DNA of 64,000 bases from an uncultured Acidobacteriota bacterium (GTDB taxonomy: Bacteria > Acidobacteriota > UBA6911): positions 526,291 through 590,290 of the forward strand of contig CAVXIH010000002.1 of assembly GCA_963761825.1 (NCBI GenBank), read 5' to 3'. The position numbers and the translations under genes were made by a program. How positions within the stretch are numbered: position 1 is the stretch's first letter; the number at the start of each line of letters is the position of its first letter. Under the pieces are notes generated by a model. The model was not told where the DNA came from. It ran no database searches and worked only from the letters and a program-made list of their open reading frames with translations. This document shows, piece after piece, positions 50,770 through 61,171 of this stretch.

Positions 50770-51981
50770 CTACTGACTGACTGTTGTCGATTGCCTGATA
50801 TTGATCCTTCGAGAAGACACAAAGTTGAGGAATGCCACGACCGCGCCACCCATGAATACATATTTATAGCCGCCCGGTCCGCTTTTGTACCACACCAGTC
50901 CGCCGAGTATAGGAAGGAAGAGGGTAACCACATGGTCGACGCTGGTACCAAGCGCAAGGCTGGGAGAAACATCTTCGGGTTTAAGCGCGATCTTCTTCAT
51001 ATATGTAACGCGCGCCATATAAACCGAATCAAGGGTGAAATCCACGACATAGCAAACGTAGATAAAGGCGATTGCAACTGAAGGGCGAAAGAGGTCTTCG
51101 GCAAATGCATACCCAAGACACGTGAGGAAAAACAGAAACGCTTCCGTACTTAAAACGATTCTCTCCCCTACCTTGTCGATCAGGTGGCCGACCCAGGGCT
51201 TTACGAATATCCCGATCACGGCAATGATGAAGAAAAGCAGCGTCATCGTAGCCACCGGCTGTTTGAAAACTTCAACCAGGACCCACGGGCCAAACGTGAT
51301 GAAGATCTGCTTTCTCGCGCCATAAAGCATGCAGAGCCAGTAGTACAAACGGTATTCTTTCCGATAGATATACCGCTTCTTGACGTGAACCGTCTGGGTC
51401 TGCCGGATAAAGCTGAGCAGAATTGCAGAGACTAAAAACGCAACGGCACCAATGGTGAAGGCTGTAGTGAAACTGATATGCGCAAATCGATACAAAGCCC
51501 ACAAAGACGCCGAGCTGACAACTATGGCGATATTCCCGACGGAACTCAATCGCCCGAGGATCTTTCCCATCCCGTCATACTCGGCAAAGCTCATGCCGAT
51601 GCTTCCATTCAACGGCATGAAAATATGCTGTCCCATGCTGTAGATGAAGATAACCAGGATGACCATCGCATATTGAGGCGGGATGATGCCCAGGCAAAAC
51701 ATCCCGATAGCGGCCAGCAGGTTCGCCGCGACGGAGATGCGCACATCTCCCCCGAGAAAGGACAGGGCGCCGATAAAAAGAATCACGAGCAAACCCGGAA
51801 GCTCGCGGGGGAATTCCAGCGCGGAGCGGTGGATAATCATCATGCCAAAATGCTCTTTAAGATAATTCGTAAGCGTCGAGCCGTCAACGCTCTGAGCGAT
51901 TCCCAGAAAGACCCCGGAAATCAAAAACAGCAGATAATCCTTTTCCGATCCCTTCACCACGCCCTTAATGGATTTCATCAT
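50770..51981 (-). CDS. MFS transporter
   Basis: About 12 TM segments; LEFPRELPG, GARKQIFITFGPWVLV and GHLIDKVGER. Confidence 0.9.
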   Translation of the reverse strand: MMKSIKGVVKGSEKDYLLFLISGVFLGIAQSVDGSTLTNYLKEHFGMMIIHRSALEFPRELPGLLVILFIGALSFLGGDVRISVAANLLAAIGMFCLGIIPPQYAMVILVIFIYSMGQHIFMPLNGSIGMSFAEYDGMGKILGRLSSVGNIAIVVSSASLWALYRFAHISFTTAFTIGAVAFLVSAILLSFIRQTQTVHVKKRYIYRKEYRLYYWLCMLYGARKQIFITFGPWVLVEVFKQPVATMTLLFFIIAVIGIFVKPWVGHLIDKVGERIVLSTEAFLFFLTCLGYAFAEDLFRPSVAIAFIYVCYVVDFTLDSVYMARVTYMKKIALKPEDVSPSLALGTSVDHVVTLFLPILGGLVWYKSGPGGYKYVFMGGAVVAFLNFVSSRRINIRQSTTVSQ

Positions 51982-52158
51982 GCACAGTCACCTAATCTTC
52001 GCTGAATGCTGTTTTCTTCGATATGTATGCCTTATATGGCAACGCAAGCGCCGGACACAAGATGAAAATGCACGTGAGCAGAAGAAAAACCATGTGGGTC
52101 GGAGCTTCAGCTCGATGCAGCCCAACTAAACAAATTCTCCAAAACGTCAGGGTCTGAA

Positions 52159-52352
52159 GAGGCTGTCTCGCAATTATCTATCTAGTAGTTTAATTCATGC
52201 ATCGCTGACGACACGCTGTGCACATCGGGGTCGGAATCGGTATCGGGGTCGAAAGAGTTCCTGTTCGTTGTGACTCGCATAAAAGCCGATCCCGATACCG
52301 ATTCCGACCCCGACCCCGACCCCGAGCGTCGTGCCAGGTTTTGAAACAGTCC
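52159..52352. mobile_element. MITE-like element with hexamer-repeat inner palindrome, embedded in GTGG-REP sequence
   Basis: Ends GAGGCTGTCTC / TTTTGAAACAGTCC; inner GGGGTCGGAATCGGTATC / GATACCGATTCCGACCCC; inverted copy at 59180-59340. Confidence 0.72.
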
Positions 52353-52438
52353 GCTGATGCTCCGAGCCACATGTTAGTGGAATTAGTGGAATTCTAATTG
52401 CCTTTAAGCGGCACACAGATTAATCTCTGCGTTCGCCT

Positions 52439-54529
52439 ATGATCATGTATGCATGCACCATATTCCTGAGCGCTTTTCTGCTGTTTCTGGTACAGCCGAT
52501 TCTGGCTAAATACATTCTGCCCTGGTTTGGAGGCAGTCCTGCAGTCTGGAACACGTGCCTGTTGTTTTTCCAAGTCTTGCTGACTGCCGGCTACGGCTTT
52601 TCCCATCTGCTCGCCAATAAGTTTTCTCCGCGACGTCAGGCTGCCGCGATTCTGGCGCTGCTGTTTATTACCCTCGCTTTCCTGCCCATCACTCCCGCAA
52701 AGACGTGGCAGCCCGAAAGCCTCTCGGCTCCTACATGGCACATCCTGCGGCTGCTCGCTGCCAGCATCGGCGCATGCTATTTCCTGCTATCCTCGATTTC
52801 ACCTCTGATGCAATCCTGGTTTAGCCGCACACGACCGGATCTTTCTCCCTATCGTTTATATACTCTCTCGAATCTGGGCTCGCTGCTCGCGATTGCAGGC
52901 TACCCTTTTGTCATAGAACCGAATCTAGGCCTGGGATTTCAAACAAAGCTCTGGTCTATCTTGTATCTCGTTTTCGTAGCTTTCTGTGGCGTGTGCGCGC
53001 TGAAGCAATGGAAACATCCCTCTGCGCAAACGCCCGCACCCATCGTCCCGGAAATGCCTATAAATCGGGTTCTTTCTCCCTGCCGGGCGGACCGCGTTAT
53101 GTGGCTGTGCCTGGCTGCTTTAAGTGCGGCGATGCTGATGGCCGCTACCAACCAGCTGTGTCTGGACGTAGCCGTAGTCCCACTGTTGTGGCTGCTCCCC
53201 ATGGGGCTTTATCTCCTGTCCTTCATCCTCTGCTTTCACAGCGAGCGCTGGTATTCCCGTCTCGGATTCGGCGTCGCGCTGATTATCGCGCTGGGCCAGA
53301 CGTGCTGGATTCTCAGCGAGGGAATCTACATCGCGCTGCCGATCCAGATACTCTCCTATGCGATCACCCTTTTTGTCTGCTGCATGGTCTGCAACGGGGA
53401 ACTGGTGCGATTGAAACCAGCGCCACGCCACCTGACAGCCTTTTACCTGATGATTTCAGCAGGAGGAGCGCTGGGCGGCATCTTCGTCACATTAATTGCT
53501 CCACACATTTTCAAAGGGTATTGGGAATTCCATCTAATGCTTGCGGGGACTGCGCTCATCTTCCTGATTGTGCTGTTCCGCGACCAGAAGGGAGGCCTTT
53601 ATGGAGGACGCCCGCTATGGGCGTGGTCTCTGCTAAGCCTGTCATTTCTGGTTCTGGTTGCATCGCTAGGTTTTCAGATACGACACAGCTTGAAAAACAC
53701 CGTAGCCATAAAACGTAATTTTTTCGGGACGCTCAAAATATTGGAGGAGGATGCAGCGAATCCTGCAAAACACCGCTTTGTCATGATGCATGGACGCATC
53801 GAACATGGATACCAATTTACGGCGGCGGACAAACGGTACTGGCCGACATCGTATTTCGGCCCTACGAGCGGCGCGGGCATCGCGATCTGCTTTCATCCCC
53901 GTCGCCTCGATCCCAGCCTGCGCCACATGCGCATCGGAGTCATCGGGCTCGGCACCGGCACGATGGCGTCTTATGGTGAAGAAGGAGATTATTTCAAGTT
54001 CTATGAAATCAATCCCGACGTCCTCCACTTCTGCGACACGTACTTTACGTATCGCAAAGACACGGACGCACAGGTGGACGTGGTTTTGGGAGACGCCCGC
54101 ATTTCCATGGAGCGTGAAAAGAGCCGCCAGGAGCCCGGGAATTATGATGTGCTTGCCGTGGATGCTTTCAGCAGCGACGCCATCCCCGTGCACCTTCTTA
54201 CGCGCGAGTTCTATTTAAATTACTGGTATCATCTCAAGAGGGACGGGATCCTGGCAATTCACGTCAGTAGCCGCTATTTCAATCTGGATCCGGTTATCCG
54301 GAGTCTGGCATATCTTGATAAGGAACGCGGCGTCCAGGCTCTGCTCATCGATGATCCCGGCAGCGCGATGCAGGAAACGGATGCTACCCGCTGGATCCTG
54401 ATAACGTCGAACCAGAAGTTCCTCGCCAATCCGCAAGTGAAAGCCGCGACCACACCCTGGCCCATCGAAGATGCTCCAGGCTTGCTTTTCACCGACGATT
54501 ACAGCAATTTGTTTCGGTTGTTGAAGTAG
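52439..54529 (+). CDS. Fused membrane domain / spermidine synthase-like SAM-dependent transferase
   Basis: LSAFLLFLVQP..LPWFGGSPAVW, PYRLYTLSNLGS, IGLGTGT, FYEINP, GDAR, DAFSSDAIPVHLLT and TDDYSN. Confidence 0.92.
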   Translation: MIMYACTIFLSAFLLFLVQPILAKYILPWFGGSPAVWNTCLLFFQVLLTAGYGFSHLLANKFSPRRQAAAILALLFITLAFLPITPAKTWQPESLSAPTWHILRLLAASIGACYFLLSSISPLMQSWFSRTRPDLSPYRLYTLSNLGSLLAIAGYPFVIEPNLGLGFQTKLWSILYLVFVAFCGVCALKQWKHPSAQTPAPIVPEMPINRVLSPCRADRVMWLCLAALSAAMLMAATNQLCLDVAVVPLLWLLPMGLYLLSFILCFHSERWYSRLGFGVALIIALGQTCWILSEGIYIALPIQILSYAITLFVCCMVCNGELVRLKPAPRHLTAFYLMISAGGALGGIFVTLIAPHIFKGYWEFHLMLAGTALIFLIVLFRDQKGGLYGGRPLWAWSLLSLSFLVLVASLGFQIRHSLKNTVAIKRNFFGTLKILEEDAANPAKHRFVMMHGRIEHGYQFTAADKRYWPTSYFGPTSGAGIAICFHPRRLDPSLRHMRIGVIGLGTGTMASYGEEGDYFKFYEINPDVLHFCDTYFTYRKDTDAQVDVVLGDARISMEREKSRQEPGNYDVLAVDAFSSDAIPVHLLTREFYLNYWYHLKRDGILAIHVSSRYFNLDPVIRSLAYLDKERGVQALLIDDPGSAMQETDATRWILITSNQKFLANPQVKAATTPWPIEDAPGLLFTDDYSNLFRLLK

Positions 54530-54703
54530 GACGGAAGACAGAATTCAGGAGTGTCAGGAGTCAGGAGTCAGGAGTCAGAATAAAAATACTGGCTGACAGC
54601 GCCATAGTTAAAAAAACGCTAATAGCGCCCCTGCCTTCTGTCTTCCGAATTCTGGCTCCTGAATTCTGGATTCTGAATTGGTCTGACTCCCGACTTCTGT
54701 CTT
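54530..54703. repeat. Heptamer tandem-repeat inverted pair between convergent genes
   Basis: (TCAGGAG)n/GTCAGAA arm and (TTCTGRM)n arm; relatives near 6293, 18939, 35078, 38123, 58097 and 62280. Confidence 0.8.
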
Positions 54704-56764
54704 CTAGATCCAGGATTTTGCAGGCTGATAATCGTATGGCTCCATGGAAAAACTGCCGCGTCCCTGGGTCAGAGATCGCATCTGAGTGGAATACCCGAAC
54801 ATCTCCGCCAGAGGCACCAGGCCGCGGATCAGTGCGCTGCCGCCTAGCAGCTCCGTTTCGCGGATTTCCGCTCTGCGAGCGCCCAGATCTTTCATGATGC
54901 TTCCCAGGCATTCGTCTGGCACGCGCACTTCGAGGTTCATGACAGGTTCCAGCACGATCGTCTGTGCTTGAGCGATCGCCTCGCGCAACGCCAAAGTCAG
55001 CGTTCCGAGCAGCGGAACGGACGGATCGGGGGGATCATTGTGGCGGAAGTCCAGGACGTTCACCTTTACATCCACAATCGGATATCCATGAGTTCCGCCG
55101 GAATTGCACCCCCGGAAAAGAATCTCCTGAGCCTCACGCTCGAGCGACGATGAGAGGTGTTTCGAAATACGCGAGATGTCGACTTCGACCGGAGCCAGGT
55201 TTCTATCCCCCGGAGTTCTGGGGCGCGGAAGAATTTCAACCGCCGCCTTGCCGATGACTAGCATGTCACTGATGCGTCGTTCAAATTCACCTTTCCCGAC
55301 ACCGCGCACCGTTACAGTTTCGCGATACGAAACTCGTGGCCGGCCGAAAAACGCCGCGACATTAAACTCCCGCTGCATGCGGTTGCGCGTGACCTCGAGG
55401 TGCAGTTCGCCCATACCCGACAGGATCATCTGCCCGGTTTCTTCATCCGTGCTGACGATCAACGTCGGATCCTCGCGCAAGAGGCGGGACACGACCTCAA
55501 ACATGCGATCGCGGTCCGCTGAAGTCTGCGTTTCAACCGTCATGGAAACAACCGTCTGCGGAAAATGAATCGGCTCGAAGGTGATTGGATGCTCGGGATC
55601 GCACAGCGTATCGCCGGTCTGGATATCCTTCAGCCCGTGGACAGCGACAATGTCACCGCACCGCGCCTGATCGACAGGCTCCGTGCGATCGGCGTGCAGA
55701 CGCAGGATTCGCCTGAGGCGAAGACGGGTCTTGGATCGCGGATGATAGCAGCGATCCTCCGTAGTCAGACAACCGGAATAGACGCGCAACCAGAGATAAT
55801 CGGTACTGGACGTGGCGACGACTTTAAAGACAAGCGCCGAAAACGGCGCGTCAAGCGTCAGCGGGCGGAGGATCGGTTCGCCGGTCTCGAGATCCAGACC
55901 CTGCGCTGCCGGACGGTCCAGCGGCGAGGGAAGATAATGGCAGATCGCGTCCAGAACAGGCTGAACGCCCAAATCGCGCAGTGCGGCTCCACACAAAACA
56001 GGGATCAGCTTGCCGCTCAAGGTCGCTTCCCGGATTGCCCGTCTGAGATCTTTCGCTTCAACCGGATCGCCTGCAAGATACAGGTCGGCCAGCCAATCCA
56101 CGCGGTTGGCGGTAAATTCCACCAAGTAGCTGCGCGCAGCCTCGACGGCATCAGATAGCTCGCTCGGCACTTCGAGAACTTCGACTTCGCGGCCGCGTGT
56201 CGATGGATCGAAGACCGTCAGCTTACGTTCGATGAGATCGATAATCCCATCCAGATCATTCTCCGCCCCGTGAGGCAGATTCACCAAAGCCGCCGGCGCT
56301 CCCAGCCGCGTCTCGATCTGTTTGAGGACCCGCTCGTGATCGGCCCCGGCCCGATCAAGCTTGTTGATGAACGCCAGGCGCGGGATCTGGTAACGATCCG
56401 CCTGATGCCACACCGTCTCGCTCTGAGGCTCGACGCCTTCCACTCCCGAAAAAATAACCACCGCTCCATCCAGCACGCGCAGGCTGCGTTCGACTTCGGC
56501 CGTAAAATCCACGTGCCCCGGCGTGTCGATCAGGTTGATCTGGTGGTTGTGCCAGGCGAATGTAGTCGCAGCCGCGGAGATGGTAATGCCTCTTTCGCGC
56601 TCGTCGTCCCGAAAATCCATGACGGCCAGGCCATCGTGCACTTCCCCGATTTTATGAGTGCGTCCGGAATAAAATAGGAAACGCTCGGTGGCAGTCGTCT
56701 TCCCTGCATCAATGTGTGCAATGATGCCGACGTTTCGCACTCGATCGAGCGGCGTCGATGCCAT
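54704..56764 (-). CDS. fusA: Elongation factor G paralog (divergent, outside the str operon)
   Basis: AHIDAGKTT, ERGITI, DTPGHVDF, NKLD, GMGELHLE, VSYRET, LEPVM and PLAEMFGY..RSLTQGRG. Confidence 0.92.
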   Translation of the reverse strand: MASTPLDRVRNVGIIAHIDAGKTTATERFLFYSGRTHKIGEVHDGLAVMDFRDDERERGITISAAATTFAWHNHQINLIDTPGHVDFTAEVERSLRVLDGAVVIFSGVEGVEPQSETVWHQADRYQIPRLAFINKLDRAGADHERVLKQIETRLGAPAALVNLPHGAENDLDGIIDLIERKLTVFDPSTRGREVEVLEVPSELSDAVEAARSYLVEFTANRVDWLADLYLAGDPVEAKDLRRAIREATLSGKLIPVLCGAALRDLGVQPVLDAICHYLPSPLDRPAAQGLDLETGEPILRPLTLDAPFSALVFKVVATSSTDYLWLRVYSGCLTTEDRCYHPRSKTRLRLRRILRLHADRTEPVDQARCGDIVAVHGLKDIQTGDTLCDPEHPITFEPIHFPQTVVSMTVETQTSADRDRMFEVVSRLLREDPTLIVSTDEETGQMILSGMGELHLEVTRNRMQREFNVAAFFGRPRVSYRETVTVRGVGKGEFERRISDMLVIGKAAVEILPRPRTPGDRNLAPVEVDISRISKHLSSSLEREAQEILFRGCNSGGTHGYPIVDVKVNVLDFRHNDPPDPSVPLLGTLTLALREAIAQAQTIVLEPVMNLEVRVPDECLGSIMKDLGARRAEIRETELLGGSALIRGLVPLAEMFGYSTQMRSLTQGRGSFSMEPYDYQPAKSWI

Positions 56765-57004
56765 CCGGGCCTCCGGGAATTTCAAGCCTATGGTACCTGT
56801 TACCGAAGTTCCTACTCTCGCAAATAGACGGGACTTCGTCAAGCAAAACGGCAATGCTCCCGATACAGGCAGCAATAAGCGCGGAAGGACGACGCGGCAA
56901 AGCCCAGGGTGGAAGAGCACGCGCAAGTGGGCTCTGAAGCCTGGGTTACCGATAGAATGTTAGGTTAAGCCCTCCTGAGGAACTAGAGCTCGGGGTTTGC
57001 GGTA

Positions 57005-57280
57005 TGCGTCCCGTTAGGGACGCTGCTGAAAATAGCCCGACACGTAAGGTCGGGATTAGGCACCCAGAGGCTGAGTCGCCGTAGGGACGATTGCGTGAAG
57101 TTCTGCATATTCAATGGGTTTAGAGTGCCGCGTCTTCGGCGCTCATTCTTAGCAACAGGCTAATCCCGACCTTACGGTCGGGCCTGATTATCTGCCGGCC
57201 CTTCGGGCCGTCATACTCCGGATGCGAGGCTATCTGCCGAGTTTCCTGAACAGCAACCTGGCTGAAGCCCCGACTCACAG
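57005..57280. repeat. Cluster of REP-like palindromes (families D and C)
   Basis: GCGTCCCGTTAGGGACGC, CCCGACACGTAAGGTCGGG, CCCGACCTTACGGTCGGG, GGCCCTTCGGGCC and GGCTGAAGCCCCGAC. Confidence 0.75.
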
Positions 57281-57377
57281 AAAAAATGCGCGAGATTCTT
57301 CTGCCGACCAAAAAACGATTTGCCAGTAGCGATCCTTTCCGTGCAAAATCTATATGGAATCAGATAGAGTGGAGTGC

Positions 57378-58091
57378 ATGAGGAAGCGTATCGAGCTGAC
57401 TGTTGAGAAAGCGACACCCAGTGTCGCCGAGGTGCTTGCAGCTCAGGGGATGGCCGGTCGGCAGAACATACCTGCGCGGATTACCGCGCTCCTGGATTCG
57501 GCTCTGGAGATTTTCAAACAGCTGGCGGAACCTAGGGGAATACTTGAGGAACTTCCCATCTCCGCATTTGGGGCGGTTTACGATGGTAATGATCAGAACT
57601 CTCCCCTATGTCCGGTGCCGGCAATCGTTGCGCGCGCGGATGCGCTGGCCATTTTTGCGGCAACGATGGGCGATGCGCTTATCACGAAGAGCAGTCAACT
57701 GTTTGCCCAGGGAGGCCCTGCATTGGGCTTTATGCTGGATGCGGTCAATTCCGCCGGAGCGGAACGGCTTGGCAGGTTAATGTGCCAAAACTTTCTGGAC
57801 CTTCTACCGGAAGAACTGCGCCGAGCCAAGCAGCTTAAAGCGCAGTACTATTGTCCCGGGCATTGCGGCTGGCATCTCTCAGGCCAGGAGCGGATGTTTC
57901 AAATGCTGCACCCTGAAGAAATCGGCATTACGCTCAAACCAAGCTGGGCGATGTTTCCGACTAAATCGATTTCAGGCGTGCTGGTTGCTGGAGAAATTGA
58001 AATACACAGGTTCAAACCTGACTTCACTTTCTGCAAAGTCTGCAAAGAGCACAAGTGCGTGCAGCGGCTCAGGCTTCTGGAAAGCGAATAG
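57378..58091 (+). CDS. Stand-alone B12-dependent methionine synthase activation-domain-like protein
   Basis: AIFAATMG, FMLDAVNSAGAE, YCPGHCGWHLSGQ, IGITL..MFPTKSISG and C-terminal CKVCKEHKC. Confidence 0.82.
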   Translation: MRKRIELTVEKATPSVAEVLAAQGMAGRQNIPARITALLDSALEIFKQLAEPRGILEELPISAFGAVYDGNDQNSPLCPVPAIVARADALAIFAATMGDALITKSSQLFAQGGPALGFMLDAVNSAGAERLGRLMCQNFLDLLPEELRRAKQLKAQYYCPGHCGWHLSGQERMFQMLHPEEIGITLKPSWAMFPTKSISGVLVAGEIEIHRFKPDFTFCKVCKEHKCVQRLRLLESE

Positions 58092-58248
58092 CGAAAAGTC
58101 AGAATTCAGGAGATCAGAATTCAGGAGTCAGAATTCAGAATGAGGCGCGTCGGTTATTAGAAGCGAGATACGCATGCGAGTCGGGGCTGAAGCCTGGACC
58201 CACATGGTTTATTGTTCAACGCAGCTATTTGGCTGATCGGAATTAACT

Positions 58249-59148
58249 ATGGAAAATATTCTGGAGAGATTGAAGCGGGGCGAGGTCATTGTAGGCGACG
58301 GGGCTCTCGGCACCATGCTCATGCAGAGGGGATTGAAAACCGGGGAATCGCCCGAAACCTACAATCTCAAAAAACCGGAAATCCTCGAGGAAATCGCTTC
58401 CCTGTACCTGGATGCAGGCTCGGAAATCATTTCAACCAACACCTTCGGCGCTTCCCCGATGCGGCTGCGGCATTTTTCTCTCGACAAGGAAATGGAGGCG
58501 ATCAACCGCAACGCCGTCGAGGCTGTGCGCAGAGCCGTGCGCGGCAACGCTTACGTCGCCGCATCCGTCGGCCCTTCTGCGAAAATGCTTAAGCCGCGCG
58601 GAGACACGGAACCGGAAGAGATCTATGCCAGCTTCCACCGTCAGCTGAGCGTTCTTTTTGCCGCCGGCATAGACCTAGTCTGCATCGAGACTGTGATGGA
58701 TGTGAAGGAAGCCGCTCTGGCCATAAAGGCGGCTCGGTCTCTCGATTCAAAAATTCCGATCATGGCTACGGTGACGTTCGGGAAGTCACCGCAAGGTTAC
58801 TTCACATTGATGGGCACTTCCGTCAAAGATGCTGCCGCAGCGCTTGAAGAAGCAGGAGCGGATATCATCGGATCCAATTGCGGCAATGGAGCCACTCAGA
58901 TGGTGGAGATCGCGCGGGAATTCCGGCAGCACGCACATGTTCCCGTTGCCATACAAAGCAATGCGGGACTACCGGTCAAGGCGGAAAGCGGTCTCATATA
59001 TCCGGAAACCCCGGATTTCGTCGCCGCCAGGGCGGCCGAGATGCTCGACCTGGGAGTGCAAATCGTCGGCGGATGCTGCGGCACAACTCCGGATCACATC
59101 CGCGCCCTCCGAAAAATGGTGGATGCCCACCGCAAACAAGTGAAATAA
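58249..59148 (+). CDS. Homocysteine S-methyltransferase family protein (MetH N-terminal domain)
   Basis: DGALGTML, YLDAGS..TNTFG, SVGP, IET, GSNCG, NAGLP and GGCCGTTPDHI Zn ligands. Confidence 0.95.
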   Translation: MENILERLKRGEVIVGDGALGTMLMQRGLKTGESPETYNLKKPEILEEIASLYLDAGSEIISTNTFGASPMRLRHFSLDKEMEAINRNAVEAVRRAVRGNAYVAASVGPSAKMLKPRGDTEPEEIYASFHRQLSVLFAAGIDLVCIETVMDVKEAALAIKAARSLDSKIPIMATVTFGKSPQGYFTLMGTSVKDAAAALEEAGADIIGSNCGNGATQMVEIAREFRQHAHVPVAIQSNAGLPVKAESGLIYPETPDFVAARAAEMLDLGVQIVGGCCGTTPDHIRALRKMVDAHRKQVK

Positions 59149-59179
59149 CCCCCACCCCCGCATGTGGGTCGGGGCTGAA

Positions 59180-59340
59180 GAGACTGTCTCAAAACCTGAC
59201 ATGACATTCGGGGTCGGGGTCGGTATCGGAATCGGGATCGGCTTTTATGACTATCACAGCAAGTAGCAGCCTTTTCGACCCCGATACCGACCCCGACGCC
59301 GATATGTATGGCGCATCGCCGGCGATCATAGAGTCGCTAA
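59180..59340. mobile_element. Second (inverted, partly truncated) copy of the hexamer MITE, flanked by GTGG REPs
   Basis: GAGACTGTCTCAAAACCTG..CGGGGTCGGGGTCGGTATCGGAATCGGGATCGGCTTTTATG matches the reverse complement of 52159-52352. Confidence 0.72.
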
Positions 59341-59420
59341 AACCAGCAATATGTGGATCGGGGCTGAAGCCCTGACCTACACGAAGAAAAAAACACATCG
59401 CAGGAACCTGAGGTCTTGTA

Positions 59421-61145
59421 ATGAAAACTAAAATCGCGTTCTTTATAACCACGCTATTTCTGCTGTCGCTGATACCCGCCGCTTTCGCGCAGGATGCCAA
59501 AATCACGGTGCTGAATCCGAAGGGTACACCTCCGCCAACGCCCCTGGTCCCGATGGCACCGCGCCCCGCAAGCCTGGAAGGCAAGACCGTCTACTTCATG
59601 GATATCGGGTATGACGGTGGGGCGAGCCTGTTGCATGAGATCATGGACTGGTTTGCGCAGAACATTCCAACGGCGAAACTGGTGTTCCGAGCGAAAGTGG
59701 GCGCCCACGAACAGGAAGACGCGAAACTGTGGGCGGAAATTAAGGAGAAAGCCGATGCAGTCGTCATAGCGATCGGTCATTGAAGCAGCTGCGGGCCGGC
59801 GGTCGCCGGCCATGCCGTCAGCATGGAAAAGATGGGAAAACCTGCAGCAGGAGTCATCACAAACAGGTTCGTGGAGGTTGCACGCGCAAACGCCAAAAAG
59901 AAAGGCATGCCCAACGCGCGCCTCGTTTTTGTGCCTCACCCTGTTTCAGGCATGAAACCCGAGCAGCACAAGGCGTATGTTGTCGGCAAGGATCCGGCCA
60001 CAGGCAAGCAGGTGATCCAGGAAATAATCGATGCGCTGACCATGCCGTTAACCGACGATGACAAGAAAACGGGATTCGTGGAGACCAAGGCGCCGGCCCG
60101 GCTGATTGGGCCGCAGACTCCCGATAACCTGCAGCGCCTGTTCATGGCCAACGGATGGACGGATTTCCTCCCCATCATTCTGCCAACGGAGAAAAAAGTC
60201 AGCGACATGCTGAAAGCCACCAGCCGCCGCCCTGATGAGGTCGTGGGCAAGATGGCCGGCGGCGATTTCGAACCGTGGGAATACACAGTTGAGCAGGTCG
60301 CCATCAACGCCGTGATGGCGGGAGCAAAGCCCGAGTATCTGCCCCTGATCCTGGCCATCGCGTCGACTGGAATCTCTTCCATATATAATTCACCCGATTC
60401 GCTGGTGCGCGCAGTTGTCGTTAACGGACCAGTGCGCGAGGAAATCGGCATGAATTTCGAAACGGGAGCCTTGGGTCCCTTCAATCAGGCGAATGCCGCC
60501 ATCGGCCGCGCATGGACGCTGATGTCCAAGAATCTCGGCAACGCGGGCATCGTGGGCGAAAACTATACCGGGTCCCAGGGAAACAGCCTGAACTACAACA
60601 ATATTGTGATTGCCGAAAACGAAAAACGCAGCCCCTGGGCGCCTCTGAGTGTGCAGAAGGGATTCAAAGCCGAGGAAAGCGTTATCAGCATCTTTACAGG
60701 ATTAGATATGCATGCGGGACAGGGCGCCAAACGCGGCGGATCGACGTTGAAACCCGCGTATAATGCTCAGATCAGCAGCATCCTGGATACGTTTGCCGGA
60801 TATTTCGGCGCCTTGATCGTATGCGATCCGCTGGTCGCCAAAAATCTAAAAGAATCAGGATTTGACACAAAAGAAAAACTGAGCGCATGGCTACAGCTGA
60901 ACACGAAGCGGACGGTCGCGGATTATAGGGAGAGCAGCTATGTTGCCCTCTATGACGCGCCGCAGGCAAAGAAAGGGATTCAGCCGTATGCCGGCTGGTT
61001 CAAGCTGCCGCCAACGGCGCGCATACCGCGTTTCGCAAGCCCAAAGGATATTGAAATTGTCGTAACGGGCGGAGAAACCATGGCCGTGTTCCAGGCCGGC
61101 AACCTGAAGTACATGACCAGCGCCGTCGTCGACAAATGGCGGTAA
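59421..61145 (+). CDS. Secreted UGSC-family selenoprotein, 574 aa, Sec at residue 121 (TGA 59781-59783)
   Basis: ORFs 59421-59783 and 59823-61145 share a frame and are separated only by TGA, giving AIGH-U-SSC; GWTDFLPIILPT, TVEQVAINAVMAG, NAAIGRA and AENE..SPW family motifs; SECIS hairpin follows. Confidence 0.88.
59794..59811 (+). promoter_or_regulatory. Bacterial SECIS element
   Basis: GGCCGGC-GGTC-GCCGGCC perfect 7-bp stem starting 10 nt after the UGA, with G at the start of the loop. Confidence 0.8.
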
Positions 61146-61171
61146 TACGCTGCACCGCTTTCAGCGCGCGC

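Noticed and set aside
52039-52054. Sigma54 promoter (GG-N10-GC, minus strand) for the MFS genes
   Set aside because: Only a partial match to TGGCACG-N4-TTGC and no activator nearby; too weak to call
52182-52416. Short ORFs with GVGVGIGIG or GSGSGSES repeats (also near 3444 and 59189)
   Set aside because: They are translations of the hexamer MITE in several frames, with no RBS or coding signal
30016-56926. Long antisense/overlapping ORFs and extended N-termini (e.g. 30016-30951, 40030-40911, fusA from 56926)
   Set aside because: Shadow ORFs of GC-rich coding DNA; the true starts are supported by RBS and domain boundaries
52159-59340. CRISPR array suggested by recurring repeats
   Set aside because: Repeats are dispersed palindromes or 6-7-mer tandems without regular unique spacers; no cas genes
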